Positions 44,333 to 55,273 are shown, counted from the first letter of the stretch. The stretch: 64,000 nt of DNA from a virus (IMGVR_UViG_2703718775_000013), one strand, 5' to 3'. The notes: generated by a model not told the origin, from the sequence alone. Numbers and translations are program-made.

Positions 44333-45217
44333 ATGCTGGAAGAAAATAAAGGCTTCCTTAGCGTTGAAGAAGTTGCAGGAAATACAGGAGAAATCCACAG
44401 CCTGAAACCCAATAACAATAGCACTATACAACCCATTGCTTTGTTGCGCTTAGGTGTGTTTGTGCCAACCTTAAAATCTACCAATGTGGCACTACGTCGC
44501 GGATCGTCAGTTACTACAAACACAACGAACGCAACCGAAGAACTATCAAGCCTCAAAATTGTTGAGCAGGAAGGCTATGAGGGAATTGAAATTCATGGTC
44601 CACGCCTGGATATGGATACTGATTTTAAGGTGTGGGTGGGCATAACCTCCGCGTTGTTTGACTACGCACCTGATGATGACGGCATAATCACCCTGCCATT
44701 CTCCGAGTTTGCCGATCGATGCGGCTATCCACGTAAGCGCCTTTCAAAGGCGTTCCGTAAAAGTATTGATGACTCTCTGACACGCATTCAGCAGACAGTT
44801 GTCAAATTCCGCTTCCCGGCGGCAAAAGGTCATCTCAATAACATTAACGTCAACTTGTTGGCATATAGCAGCCTGAATACCGAGCTTGATGTTATCGAGA
44901 TCCAGCCGCAGAAACAGCTATCTGAACTTTACTATGTTGACTATAAGCGAATCCTGAAGCTGAAGATGCTGGATAAGCTCGGGCGCAAAGAGACGGCCAA
45001 GGTACTGTATACATTCTTTGAGGCTCTACCCGCCAACCCGGCACCTGTCAGCATTGAGCGCCTTAGAGCAAGGCTTAATCTCAAATCATCCGTTAGCGTG
45101 CAAAATAGCGTTATCAGAAAAGCCATGAAAGATTTGGAAGCTATTGAATATCTTAAATTTTCAGAGATAAAAAACGGCAGGAAAATCGGCTTTCAGATCC
45201 ATAAGCGCAATCCATAA
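44333..45217 (+). CDS. repA: RepA plasmid replication initiator
   Basis: ATG behind GGAG; IQPIALLRLGVFVP segment as in P1 RepA; flanked by iterons. Confidence 0.7.
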   Translation: MLEENKGFLSVEEVAGNTGEIHSLKPNNNSTIQPIALLRLGVFVPTLKSTNVALRRGSSVTTNTTNATEELSSLKIVEQEGYEGIEIHGPRLDMDTDFKVWVGITSALFDYAPDDDGIITLPFSEFADRCGYPRKRLSKAFRKSIDDSLTRIQQTVVKFRFPAAKGHLNNINVNLLAYSSLNTELDVIEIQPQKQLSELYYVDYKRILKLKMLDKLGRKETAKVLYTFFEALPANPAPVSIERLRARLNLKSSVSVQNSVIRKAMKDLEAIEYLKFSEIKNGRKIGFQIHKRNP

Positions 45218-45218
45218 T

Positions 45219-45478
45219 ATTGACTATATGCGATAGCGAGAAGTTGACTATAGGCGACATTCGTTGACGCTGGTGGATTTTTGCTGGCGTCAATATTCTG
45301 CAAGTCGCTATTGAGATGGCTTTTAGGGTCATTTCATCGCGTATAGTCAACGTTTCTCCCGACAATATCTTACATAGTCGATCTTTGGTGGAGTTAAATC
45401 GACTACAGTCAACTTTTGACTGTAGTCACATCGCGCATAGTCAACTATTCACATTAACTTTCGCGCATAGTCAACATT
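45219..45478. repeat. incA: incA-like iteron array downstream of repA, both orientations
   Basis: attgactatatgcgata, gttgactataggcgaca, cgcgtatagtcaacg, cgcgcatagtcaact, cgcgcatagtcaacat. Confidence 0.6.
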
Positions 45479-45509
45479 TGCGCGGTTCTCATCAAGCAGT
45501 GGTATTGAT

Positions 45510-45845
45510 ATGCAAGAAGAGAAACAACACTACCTCTACGTTCTGGTGCCGGAGAACGGAGATACTTTTAAAATCGGCATTTCATGTGGTCCATTGGCAC
45601 GGTTTAAAGGGCTACAAGTGAGTCCCGATTTTGCGCTTTCACGGGTCTATCGTGGTACGCGTTTGGCAATGGTTAATCTTGAGCGGGCTTTACACGCAAC
45701 CTTTTTCCCCTGGAATGCGCCGTGGGAGAAAAGCGCCGGTGGCGGGCATACTGAATGGTTTACACGAGAGTGTCTTGATAAGGTTTTGGCTCATATCGAA
45801 TATCTAAATGATATGTGGGGAGGGATTCTCGAGCGCATTAAGTAG
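45510..45845 (+). CDS. GIY-YIG-like / T5orf172-domain protein (111 aa)
   Basis: YLYVLVPENGDTFKIGIS and GGGHTEWF motifs. Confidence 0.45.
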   Translation: MQEEKQHYLYVLVPENGDTFKIGISCGPLARFKGLQVSPDFALSRVYRGTRLAMVNLERALHATFFPWNAPWEKSAGGGHTEWFTRECLDKVLAHIEYLNDMWGGILERIK

Positions 45846-45914
45846 AATGATTTACTTCAGCGTCCAGTAGATGCTGCTCGCTCTTTCGAAAAAGAACTGG
45901 ATGTTACTTCTATC

Positions 45915-46319
45915 GTGACTTTCAAAGATGACGCAGGAATGAGGGACGTGGCTTATGTCTCCATATCTGGCTATGAACCGGACGCGATCCGCGCTCAATG
46001 TGAATTGCTGAAAGCAATGTTTATGCTTCGGACTAAATATCCCTGGGAGACAGGGCGGGTGTGCTTCCCTATGGAAGAGTTAACCGCCACCATTGATTCT
46101 CAGCTTTACCACGATAATCCAGAGAAGTTTTTTAGCCTTTTAGCCGGTAATGGGCTTAACTGTGTGTCCGGGCTGGGGCGAAGTAGAATCCAACATGCCT
46201 CGCTCTTCGGTCCCTTCTTTTACGATCGACACGGGTACTTTGAGGCTGAACTTCCGGCGCTTACGCGTGCTATAGATACTATCGATTTCGAACGATTATT
46301 CGCTGCTCTTAGCAAATAA
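45915..46319 (+). CDS. Hypothetical protein (134 aa)
   Basis: ORF followed by an intrinsic terminator. Confidence 0.35.
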   Translation: MTFKDDAGMRDVAYVSISGYEPDAIRAQCELLKAMFMLRTKYPWETGRVCFPMEELTATIDSQLYHDNPEKFFSLLAGNGLNCVSGLGRSRIQHASLFGPFFYDRHGYFEAELPALTRAIDTIDFERLFAALSK

Positions 46320-46325
46320 CACTGA

Positions 46326-46346
46326 TGCCCCTGAACGGGGCTTTTT
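46326..46346 (+). terminator. Intrinsic terminator
   Basis: GCCCC-tgaac-GGGGC plus TTTTTTG. Confidence 0.7.
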
Positions 46347-46487
46347 TGTGCCTTTCTTGTAACTCTCAATCGTGCAAAATGAACAAAACATGCAGAGAAT
46401 GCCATGTACAAGCATCTACGCATACATTATTATTTTATGCAGCATTTTTAATTAAATTCAAAAATACAGCATAAAGGATGACTTTCG

Positions 46488-47684
46488 ATGAGTGATTCCA
46501 GCCAGCTTCACAAGGTTGCTCAAAGAGCAAACAGAATGCTCAATGTTCTGACTGAACAAGTACAGTTGCAAAAGGATGAGCTACACGCGAACGAGTTTTA
46601 CCAGGTCTATGCGAAAGCGGCACTGGCAAAATTGCCTCTACTGACTCGAGCGAACGTTGACTATGCCGTAAGTGAAATGGAAGAAAAGGGTTATGTTTTC
46701 GATAAACGCCCTGCTGGCTCTTCAATGAAATATGCGATGTCAATTCAGAACATCATTGACATATATGAACATCGCGGAGTGCCAAAATACCGGGATCGCT
46801 ACAGCGAAGCGTATGTGATTTTCATCTCCAATCTTAAAGGCGGTGTGTCAAAAACTGTATCGACGGTTTCTCTGGCGCATGCAATGCGTGCTCACCCTCA
46901 TCTTCTGATGGAAGATTTAAGGATTCTGGTTATTGACCTTGATCCGCAATCTTCAGCAACGATGTTTTTAAGCCATAAACACTCTATTGGTATCGTAAAC
47001 GCAACATCTGCACAGGCTATGTTGCAGAATGTAAGCCGTGAAGAGCTGTTAGAGGAGTTTATTGTTCCTTCTGTTGTACCTGGGGTTGACGTTATGCCTG
47101 CGTCGATTGACGATGCCTTTATTGCATCCGATTGGAGAGAGCTGTGCAATGAGCATCTACCGGGTCAGAACATCCATGCTGTCCTGAAAGAAAATGTGAT
47201 TGATAAGCTGAAGAGCGATTATGACTTTATCCTCGTTGATAGTGGTCCTCACCTTGACGCCTTCCTGAAAAATGCTTTGGCCTCGGCCAATATACTGTTT
47301 ACACCTCTGCCGCCAGCAACTGTCGATTTCCACTCATCGCTTAAATACGTTGCCCGCCTTCCTGAGTTGGTGAAACTCATTTCGGATGAAGGCTGCGAGT
47401 GCCAGCTTGCGACTAACATTGGTTTTATGTCCAAGTTGAGTAACAAGGCAGATCATAAGTATTGCCATAGCCTGGCTAAAGAAGTGTTCGGTGGGGATAT
47501 GCTCGATGTCGTCCTCCCTCGCCTTGACGGTTTTGAACGTTGCGGCGAGTCTTTTGACACTGTTATTTCAGCTAACCCGGCAACGTATGTTGGTAGTGCT
47601 GATGCATTGAAGAACGCGCGAATTGCCGCGGAAGATTTTGCTAAAGCAGTTTTTGACCGTATTGAATTTATCAGATCTAACTGA
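46488..47684 (+). CDS. parA: ParA partition ATPase
   Basis: Deviant Walker A NLKGGVSKT; 398 aa. Confidence 0.9.
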   Translation: MSDSSQLHKVAQRANRMLNVLTEQVQLQKDELHANEFYQVYAKAALAKLPLLTRANVDYAVSEMEEKGYVFDKRPAGSSMKYAMSIQNIIDIYEHRGVPKYRDRYSEAYVIFISNLKGGVSKTVSTVSLAHAMRAHPHLLMEDLRILVIDLDPQSSATMFLSHKHSIGIVNATSAQAMLQNVSREELLEEFIVPSVVPGVDVMPASIDDAFIASDWRELCNEHLPGQNIHAVLKENVIDKLKSDYDFILVDSGPHLDAFLKNALASANILFTPLPPATVDFHSSLKYVARLPELVKLISDEGCECQLATNIGFMSKLSNKADHKYCHSLAKEVFGGDMLDVVLPRLDGFERCGESFDTVISANPATYVGSADALKNARIAAEDFAKAVFDRIEFIRSN

Positions 47685-47700
47685 GGAGTAAGAAACCCCC

Positions 47701-48702
47701 ATGTCAAAGAAAAACAGACCAACAATTGGGCGAACCCTTAATCCTTCAATATTAAGCGGATTTGATAGTTCTTCAGCCTCTGGCGATCGAGTCGAGCAGG
47801 TATTCAAGTTATCAACTGGTCGCCAGGCCACATTTATTGAAGAGGTAATACCTCCGAACCAGGTAGAAAGCGATACCTTTGTTGATCAGCATAACAACGG
47901 GCGTGACCAGGCATCTCTTACGCCAAAATCATTAAAAAGTATCCGAAGCACTATTAAGCATCAGCAATTTTACCCTGCAATAGGTGTTAGACGGGGTACA
48001 GGGAAAATTGAAATTTTGGATGGTTCCCGGCGTCGAGCTTCTGCCATCTTAGAGAACGTAGGGTTGCGGGTTTTAGTCACGGACCAGGAGATCAGCGTTC
48101 AGGAAGCGCAAAATTTAGCGAAAGACGTTCAGACAGCATTGCAGCACAGCATTCGAGAAATAGGTCTGCGTTTGATGCGAATGAAAAATGATGGGATGAG
48201 TCAGAAGGATATTGCAGCCAAAGAAGGGCTGTCTCAGGCTAAGGTCACGCGTGCTCTCCAGGCAGCGAGTGCTCCGGAAGAATTAGTCGCCCTTTTCCCT
48301 GTGCAGTCGGAATTAACCTTTTCGGACTACAAAACGCTTTGTGCTGTTGGCGACGAAATGGGGAACAAGAATTTAGAGTTTGATCAGCTTATTCAAAACA
48401 TATCCCCGGAAATAAACGACATCTTATCCATTGAAGAAATGGCCGAAGATGAAGTTAAAAATAAAATCCTGCGCTTGATAACAAAGGAAGCCTCACTACT
48501 CACGGATAAAGGTTCTAAAGATAAGTCCGTAGTTACTGAATTATGGAAATTTGAGGACAAGGATCGCTTTGCAAGGAAGCGCGTGAAAGGCCGTGCATTT
48601 TCTTATGAGTTTAATCGACTTTCAAAAGAGCTACAGGAAGAACTCGACAGGATGATTGGGCATATCCTTAGAAAGAGCCTCGATAAAAAGCCGAAGCCTT
48701 AA
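47701..48702 (+). CDS. parB: ParB partition protein
   Basis: 333 aa downstream of parA; parS follows. Confidence 0.9.
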   Translation: MSKKNRPTIGRTLNPSILSGFDSSSASGDRVEQVFKLSTGRQATFIEEVIPPNQVESDTFVDQHNNGRDQASLTPKSLKSIRSTIKHQQFYPAIGVRRGTGKIEILDGSRRRASAILENVGLRVLVTDQEISVQEAQNLAKDVQTALQHSIREIGLRLMRMKNDGMSQKDIAAKEGLSQAKVTRALQAASAPEELVALFPVQSELTFSDYKTLCAVGDEMGNKNLEFDQLIQNISPEINDILSIEEMAEDEVKNKILRLITKEASLLTDKGSKDKSVVTELWKFEDKDRFARKRVKGRAFSYEFNRLSKELQEELDRMIGHILRKSLDKKPKP

Positions 48703-48705
48703 ACT

Positions 48706-48792
48706 TTCGCCATTCAAATTTCACTATTAACCTACTGTTTTTAAAGTAAATCCATCTAAAATTTCAAGGTGAAATCGCCACGATTTCACCTT
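48706..48792. other. parS: parS centromere
   Basis: ATTTCAC heptamers and TCGCCA hexamers around an AT-rich core. Confidence 0.75.
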
Positions 48793-48905
48793 GGATTTTA
48801 CCTTCCTCCCCTACTCCCGAAAAAATAAAAAAATTGCTTGTCACGAGAAAGTCAACAAGTGACTTTCAATAAAATCTCTTCCGAAAAGGGATTCACACAA
48901 GTGCC

Positions 48906-50633
48906 TTGTGTTTAAGGAAGAGTAAATTGAGTAACTTACGCGAATACCAGAATCGTATTGCAGATATCGCAAAACGCTCTAAAGCTGTGCTTGGCTGGGC
49001 AAGCACTGCGCAGTTCGGTACTGATAACCAATTCATTAAAGATGATGCCGCGCGTGCCGCATCTATCCTTGAAGCTGCACGTAAAGACCCGGTTTTTGCG
49101 GGTATCTCTGATAATGCCACCGCTCAAATCGCTACAGCGTGGGCAAGTGCACTGGCTGACTACGCCGCAGCACATAAATCTATGCCGCGTCCGGAAATTC
49201 TGGCCTCCTGCCACCAGACGCTGGAAAACTGCCTGATTGAGTCCACCCGCAATAGCATGGATGCCACTAATAAAGCGATGCTGGAATCCGTCGCAGCAGA
49301 GATGATGAGCGTTTCTGACGGTGTTATGCGTCTGCCTTTATTCCTCGCGATGATCCTGCCTGTTCAGTTGGGGGCAGCTACCGCTGATGCGTGTACCTTC
49401 ATTCCGGTTACGCGTGACCAGTCCGACATCTATGAAGTCTTTAACGTGGCAGGTTCCTCTTTTGGTTCTTATGCTGCTGGTGATGTTCTGGACATGCAAT
49501 CCGTTGGTGTGTACAGCCAGTTACGTCGCCGCTATGTGCTGGTGGCAAGCTCCGATGGCACCAGCAAAACCGCAACCTTCAAGATGGAAGACTTCGAAGG
49601 CCAGAATGTACCAATCCGAAAAGGTCGCACTAACATCTACGTTAACCGTATTAAGTCTGTTGTTGATAACGGTTCCGGCAGCCTACTTCACTCGTTTACT
49701 AATGCTGCTGGTGAGCAAATCACTGTTACCTGCTCTCTGAACTACAACATTGGTCAGATTGCCCTGTCGTTCTCCAAAGCGCCGGATAAAGGCACTGAGA
49801 TCGCAATTGAGACGGAAATCAATATTGAAGCCGCACCTGAGCTGATCCCGCTGATCAACCACGAAATGAAGAAATACACCCTGTTCCCAAGTCAGTTCGT
49901 TATCGCGGCTGAGCACACGGTACAGGCGGCGTATGAAGCACAGCGTGAATTTGGTCTGGACCTGGGTTCCCTACAGTTCCGCACCCTGAAGGAATACCTG
50001 TCTCATGAACAGGATATGCTGCGTCTTCGCATCATGATCTGGCGTACTCTTGCGACCGACACCTTTGACATCGCTCTGCCGGTTAACCAGTCCTTTAATG
50101 TATGGGCAACCATCATTCGTGGCAAATTCCAGACTGTATATCGCGACATTATTGAGCGCGTTAAATCTTCTGGTGCGATGGGGATGTTTGCTGGTGCTGA
50201 TGCAGCATCTTTCTTCAAACAGTTGCCGAAGGATTTCTTCCAGCCAGCCGAAGACTATATCCAGACTCCGTATGTTCACTACATCGGTACCCTGTTCGGT
50301 AACGTGAAAGTGTACGAAGTACCTGCTGGTATTTGTAAGAACTTAACGACAGAGAACATTCAGTTCAGCTCGATGGATGTGCTGTGCTACGTCCGTGATG
50401 AAAATCCGGGTAAAGCAGGCTTCGTGACTGGTGATGCTGTCCCGGCTATCCCGTTCCAGCATCCGACCACTCCGGCGCTGGTCAACCGTACCACACTGTG
50501 GGGTTCGGCTATCAACGATATGCACCCACGCAACGGCGCTGATTACTTCACTCGTGTAACGCTGACAATGGCCAAAAAAGGCGGGCTTAACTTCATAAGC
50601 GGCGACACGATTGATGCCGGTGACTCTGAGTAA
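48906..50633 (+). CDS. Major head protein (P1 gp23-like), start uncertain
   Basis: 575-aa ORF next to parS as in P1; synteny call. Confidence 0.55.
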   Translation: MCLRKSKLSNLREYQNRIADIAKRSKAVLGWASTAQFGTDNQFIKDDAARAASILEAARKDPVFAGISDNATAQIATAWASALADYAAAHKSMPRPEILASCHQTLENCLIESTRNSMDATNKAMLESVAAEMMSVSDGVMRLPLFLAMILPVQLGAATADACTFIPVTRDQSDIYEVFNVAGSSFGSYAAGDVLDMQSVGVYSQLRRRYVLVASSDGTSKTATFKMEDFEGQNVPIRKGRTNIYVNRIKSVVDNGSGSLLHSFTNAAGEQITVTCSLNYNIGQIALSFSKAPDKGTEIAIETEINIEAAPELIPLINHEMKKYTLFPSQFVIAAEHTVQAAYEAQREFGLDLGSLQFRTLKEYLSHEQDMLRLRIMIWRTLATDTFDIALPVNQSFNVWATIIRGKFQTVYRDIIERVKSSGAMGMFAGADAASFFKQLPKDFFQPAEDYIQTPYVHYIGTLFGNVKVYEVPAGICKNLTTENIQFSSMDVLCYVRDENPGKAGFVTGDAVPAIPFQHPTTPALVNRTTLWGSAINDMHPRNGADYFTRVTLTMAKKGGLNFISGDTIDAGDSE

Positions 50634-50693
50634 TCAGGGGAAGTTCTCCGTTTAACATAGCGCCCCCGTGCGGGGCGCATAACAGGGAAAGTT

Positions 50694-52283
50694 ATGTCTC
50701 AATATTCAATTCAACAGTCATTAGGTAATGCATCCGGCGTCGCGGTTAGCCCGATCAATGCCGATGCGACGTTATCTACCGGTGTTGCATTAAATAGCAG
50801 CTTGTGGGCTGGTATTGGCGTATTTGCGCGTGGCAAGCCGTTTACTGTTCTTGCGGTTACTGAGTCCAATTACAAAGATGTTCTCGGCGAACCGCTGAAG
50901 CCGTCTTCCGGCTCACAGTTCGAACCAATTCGCCATGTATACGAAGCTATTCAGCAAACGTCAGGTTATGTTGTTCGTGCTGTTCCGGATGATGCGAAGT
51001 TCCCGATTATTATGTTCGATGAATCAGGCGAACCGGCTTACAGTGCGTTGCCATACGGTTCTGAAATTGAACTTGATAGTGGCGAAGCCTTTGCTATCTA
51101 CGTTGATGATGGTGATCCGTGTATTTCACCTACCCGTGAGTTAACCATCGAAACGGCAACAGCGGACAGCGCGGGTAATGAACGCTTCCTCTTAAAACTG
51201 ACCCAGACGACTTCGCTCGGCGTGGTAACGACCCTGGAGACACACACTGTGTCTTTGGCGGAAGAAGCGAAAGATGACATGGGCCGCTTGTGTTATCTGC
51301 CTACGGCTCTGGAAGCCCGTTCTAAATATCTGCGCGCGGTTGTTAATGAAGAGCTGATTTCGACGGCGAAAGTAACAAATAAAAAATCGCTGGCGTTCAC
51401 TGGTGGTACCAACGGTGATCAGTCGAAAATCTCAACCGCTGCGTACCTGCGTGCGGTTAAGGTGCTGAACAATGCGCCGTACATGTACACCGCTGTTCTC
51501 GGCCTGGGTTGCTATGACAATGCGGCGATCACCGCGTTAGGTAATATCTGTTCTGATCGCCTGATTGATGGCTTCTTTGATGTCAAACCGACATTGACGT
51601 ATACGGAAGCGCTCTCTGCTGTTGAAGATACCGGTTTACTTGGTACCGATTATGTAAGCTGTGCTGTCTATCACTACCCGTTCTCCTGCAAAGACAAATG
51701 GACCCAATCCCGTGTGGTCTTTGGTCTGTCTGGCGTGGCGTATGCGGCGAAAGCTCGTGGCGTCAAGAAAAACTCTGATGTCGGCGGTTGGCATTACTCA
51801 CCGGCTGGTGAAGAACGTGCCGTCATTGCTCGTGCGTCAATTCAACCGCTGTATCCGGAAGATACCCCGGACGAAGAAGCAATGGTCAAGGGCCGTCTCA
51901 ATAAAGTATCTGTTGGCACCTCTGGCCAGATGATCATCGACGATGCTTTAACTTGCTGCACGCAGGATAACTATCTGCACTTCCAGCACGTCCCATCCCT
52001 GATGAATGCAATCAGCCGTTTCTTTGTCCAGTTAGCCCGACAGATGAAGCATAGCCCGGACGGTATTACTGCGGCTGGCCTGACTAAAGGGATGACCAAA
52101 CTTTTAGATCGCTTTGTCGCCTCCGGCGCTCTGGTGGCTCCTCGTGATCCTGATGCTGACGGTACAGAACCGTATGTGCTGAAAGTTACGCAGGCGGAAT
52201 TCGATAAATGGGAAGTAGTCTGGGCCTGCTGCCCGACTGGCGTAGCCCGTCGTATCCAGGGCGTACCGCTGCTTATTAAGTAA
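50694..52283 (+). CDS. Tail sheath protein (P1 gp22-like)
   Basis: 529-aa ORF; synteny and size. Confidence 0.5.
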   Translation: MSQYSIQQSLGNASGVAVSPINADATLSTGVALNSSLWAGIGVFARGKPFTVLAVTESNYKDVLGEPLKPSSGSQFEPIRHVYEAIQQTSGYVVRAVPDDAKFPIIMFDESGEPAYSALPYGSEIELDSGEAFAIYVDDGDPCISPTRELTIETATADSAGNERFLLKLTQTTSLGVVTTLETHTVSLAEEAKDDMGRLCYLPTALEARSKYLRAVVNEELISTAKVTNKKSLAFTGGTNGDQSKISTAAYLRAVKVLNNAPYMYTAVLGLGCYDNAAITALGNICSDRLIDGFFDVKPTLTYTEALSAVEDTGLLGTDYVSCAVYHYPFSCKDKWTQSRVVFGLSGVAYAAKARGVKKNSDVGGWHYSPAGEERAVIARASIQPLYPEDTPDEEAMVKGRLNKVSVGTSGQMIIDDALTCCTQDNYLHFQHVPSLMNAISRFFVQLARQMKHSPDGITAAGLTKGMTKLLDRFVASGALVAPRDPDADGTEPYVLKVTQAEFDKWEVVWACCPTGVARRIQGVPLLIK

Positions 52284-52292
52284 GGGAATACA

Positions 52293-53108
52293 ATGAGCAA
52301 AAACTTTTTTCAATCCGGGGCATTTTTGGGGAATGGACTGTCTCGTTTCGCTTTGAACTCTGATCCTGTGCAGCTGATGGAGTCTGCCCGAGCAAGCGCC
52401 GAACAGCCAACAGATCCGGTTATTAATAATAATCCGGAACCGGCGGCACAGACTAACGATAACGTTCCATCTGCCCCGGCTCCTGAGCAAATCCTGGAAG
52501 GGAAAGACGGTAAAGAATGGACCGTCGAACAGGCGCACCAGATGATTCTGGAAGCTGCAAATAGAAGTGCTATGCAGAATGCGTTGAGTGATGCGGCCGA
52601 CGCCGTTTTCGCCTGGGCTGATAGCGGTGATCTGACTTTCGACTCCCTTGATGGTTTCGTTCAGGCTATCGCTGGTATCTCTGATGACGACGACTCCGAA
52701 GTTACAGAAGAACAGGACGATGCCTATAACGAAGCATGGGCAAATGTTGCTGACTTCCTCGCAGCATGCGGTGTAGATGATGACCTGATCGAAGCACTGG
52801 CTGACGATGAAGACGACGACGCAGCTGCTGATGTTGGTGCCTCTATCGCTGGTTTAGATAGCGACGACCGTGACGAACTGGAAGCGGCGTTTGTTGTTGC
52901 TGGCACTTCTGATGAAATGCTGACTGAAGCATTTAAGAAGGTTGTTCGTAACGGTGAGATCAAACTCATCCGTAAACGCCTGCGTAAAAAACGTCTGACT
53001 GCGGCTCAAAAATCGGCGCTGAAAAAAGCGCGTCGAAAAGCCCAGACGGGTGCGGCAAAACTTGCCCGCAAAAAGTCAATGAAACTGCGCCGTAAGCGCC
53101 TTGGCTAA
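52293..53108 (+). CDS. Virion-associated protein with acidic body and basic tail
   Basis: C-terminal RKRLRKKRL..KLRRKRLG. Confidence 0.35.
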   Translation: MSKNFFQSGAFLGNGLSRFALNSDPVQLMESARASAEQPTDPVINNNPEPAAQTNDNVPSAPAPEQILEGKDGKEWTVEQAHQMILEAANRSAMQNALSDAADAVFAWADSGDLTFDSLDGFVQAIAGISDDDDSEVTEEQDDAYNEAWANVADFLAACGVDDDLIEALADDEDDDAAADVGASIAGLDSDDRDELEAAFVVAGTSDEMLTEAFKKVVRNGEIKLIRKRLRKKRLTAAQKSALKKARRKAQTGAAKLARKKSMKLRRKRLG

Positions 53109-53143
53109 AGGAGGAGGCCGGAGAACTCCGGCCTTTAACTTGA

Positions 53144-53725
53144 ATGGCACCTATACCTTATGGGGTTTACAGCCAGGCTGACGGTGTATCGCCATTTCTG
53201 AAAGTTACTTTAACGAACTCTCAGTACCAGGTTACCGGATATATCAGCCAGGGGGCAGCAATGAACATGGCCCAGAATTGGGAAGCGCCGTTTACCGGTA
53301 TGTCCATGGGGTCTGTTGCTGGTGCCTTCAGTGGTTTTGCGCAGGTTGGTACTGAAACAACGTCGGTGGCCCGTTGGAACAGCTTAATGGTTTGGGAGGG
53401 GGGAACACCGCCAACTTTCACGCTGCCAGTAACTTTCATCGCTTTGTTTGATCCATTCACGGAGGTTTCAGGAGCTATCGCCGCATTGTCAGCGATGATT
53501 AGCCCGGAACTTAAAGATGCCAGTATTGGTGGTCGAATCCCGGAGCGTGTGACGCTAAACATTGGTCGCCAGATCAACATCATTGATGTCGCTATCCAGG
53601 ACATAAGTTTCGATCTCGATGCGCCCAGGGACAGCAATGGGCATTTCCTGAAAAACACCGTCAACCTCCAGTTGACCGGTTCTTCGATATATAACAGCTC
53701 CGATATTGTTCGGGCGTTCCAGTAA
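53144..53725 (+). CDS. Putative tail structural protein (193 aa)
   Basis: Operon context. Confidence 0.35.
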   Translation: MAPIPYGVYSQADGVSPFLKVTLTNSQYQVTGYISQGAAMNMAQNWEAPFTGMSMGSVAGAFSGFAQVGTETTSVARWNSLMVWEGGTPPTFTLPVTFIALFDPFTEVSGAIAALSAMISPELKDASIGGRIPERVTLNIGRQINIIDVAIQDISFDLDAPRDSNGHFLKNTVNLQLTGSSIYNSSDIVRAFQ

Positions 53726-53736
53726 AAGGATTTTAT

Positions 53737-54246
53737 ATGGGGCACAATAACACTAACGGAAACCGTAAATTTATTAAGGGCCGCTATACTGCCAACGCGG
53801 CCAAAGGCGAACGACTGGTATCTTCTGAATTCCAGCTCACTGTTGCAGGCCATGAAGATATCAGCGTACTGGTTCGCACGTCGCAAATTCCTGAAATGAC
53901 CCGCGAGGATGTGGAGGACTATGGTCCGAATGGTGTGAAGTTCAACCAGCACGGTCCAATTCGAAACTCTGGGGAAATCCAGGTCCAGTGCGTGGAGACT
54001 ATCGAAGGCGATATTCTTCAGTTCATTAAAGATCGCATTGCGGCGAAGGACTATGTTGATATCACGATGGCTGCTACCCCTGAATCCAAATCTTCCGGGG
54101 TTAACGCTGTGACAAAAGCTGCTACAACAATTGAAATGTTGGACTGCAAAATCTACAGTGATGCAATCGACTTTAGTACCGAAGATGTGACTGCCGCTGT
54201 GCGCCCGTCACTTCGTATCGTCTACAACTGGATTGAGTGGGATTAA
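53737..54246 (+). CDS. Putative tail tube/baseplate protein (169 aa)
   Basis: Operon context; strong terminator follows. Confidence 0.35.
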   Translation: MGHNNTNGNRKFIKGRYTANAAKGERLVSSEFQLTVAGHEDISVLVRTSQIPEMTREDVEDYGPNGVKFNQHGPIRNSGEIQVQCVETIEGDILQFIKDRIAAKDYVDITMAATPESKSSGVNAVTKAATTIEMLDCKIYSDAIDFSTEDVTAAVRPSLRIVYNWIEWD

Positions 54247-54266
54247 TAGTAATCCCTTGTATTTTA

Positions 54267-54289
54267 AAGCTCCTTCGGGAGCTTTTTTT
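54267..54289 (+). terminator. Intrinsic terminator
   Basis: AAGCTCC-TTCG-GGAGCTT plus T7. Confidence 0.75.
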
Positions 54290-54330
54290 GTGCTTAAATT
54301 ATGCTGGTATAGCGAAATTTTGAGCATATT

Positions 54331-54627
54331 ATGGAAATTGATTTTTCATACTCTCCTGAAACGATAGAACGAAGCTTCGAAATAATTGGATGCAAAACTA
54401 TTTCAGAGGAGCATTATTGGATTCTCTATGATGCCAATACATGGTTATGTGCCTTAGCAGAATGTCGGTCATCGTTATGTGCAGGGGAGGGAGGACTTCG
54501 ACATAAGGTGCTGGCTACACTTGAAGTGAACACGTTACGATATTGGTGTGTCGAAATACTTAGGAATAACAAAGAATTACATTTATTATTGCTGAATAAA
54601 TGTGCACCTCTGCGCAGAAAAGCATAA
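54331..54627 (+). CDS. Hypothetical Cys-containing protein (98 aa), AT-rich
   Basis: ORF only. Confidence 0.3.
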   Translation: MEIDFSYSPETIERSFEIIGCKTISEEHYWILYDANTWLCALAECRSSLCAGEGGLRHKVLATLEVNTLRYWCVEILRNNKELHLLLLNKCAPLRRKA

Positions 54628-54793
54628 GAAAACCCAACAGCCATACTGGAATTATCAGAAGAATATGTGCGGAAAGTTATAGCTAGCTATTGAAAAGCTA
54701 AAGTAGATCGGTTAGATTTGCCTTACTCATCTACCATGTGTAGAAAGAGCGATCGAACCCGATACATAGCAATATGTGTCGGGTTCAGCTTTT

Positions 54794-55273
54794 TTATGTC
54801 CCAAGCGCTCTTTTTCTGCTTTGTTTGAGTGTTCTGATTTTACTGTTATAGGTTACAACATAGGCTGTTTTAAGAAGCCAATAGTCTCTACGTGCGGATA
54901 GCACAACAACGTAGTTTTCACACTCGTTCCAGATTACCCATTCTTCAGTTGGTCCTCGTCTTTCAGACCAACATGATATATCGGAATGGTTATAATTCCT
55001 TATCATATGCGCGATCCAGCGGATCCGCTTACACCGTTCAAGATCAGGTATTCGTTCTTCTTCTATTTTTCCCTCTGATACTAAATGCCAAAATCCGAAC
55101 TCTTTCCCATCATATTCCGGTGAATAACGTAATCGAACAGGGAGACCCTTAAACGTTATATTAGAGATTAAAATATCTTCTCTAACAACATCATATACAT
55201 CGTCTATATACTCTTGCCAACTTCCATTGAAGTACAATAAATCTGGCATTTGAAGCATCAGCGAGCCTCCCAC
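54794..55273 (-). CDS. Hypothetical protein (rlfB position), AT-rich
   Basis: Downstream of the DUF3800 gene in the repL operon. Confidence 0.35.
   Translation of the reverse strand: MGGSLMLQMPDLLYFNGSWQEYIDDVYDVVREDILISNITFKGLPVRLRYSPEYDGKEFGFWHLVSEGKIEEERIPDLERCKRIRWIAHMIRNYNHSDISCWSERRGPTEEWVIWNECENYVVVLSARRDYWLLKTAYVVTYNSKIRTLKQSRKRALGT

Noticed and set aside
44153..45478. Iteron arrays as transposon terminal repeats
   Set aside because: Periodic 21-bp direct repeats flank repA together with a DnaA box and GATC cluster, the signature of an iteron replicon; no transposase present.
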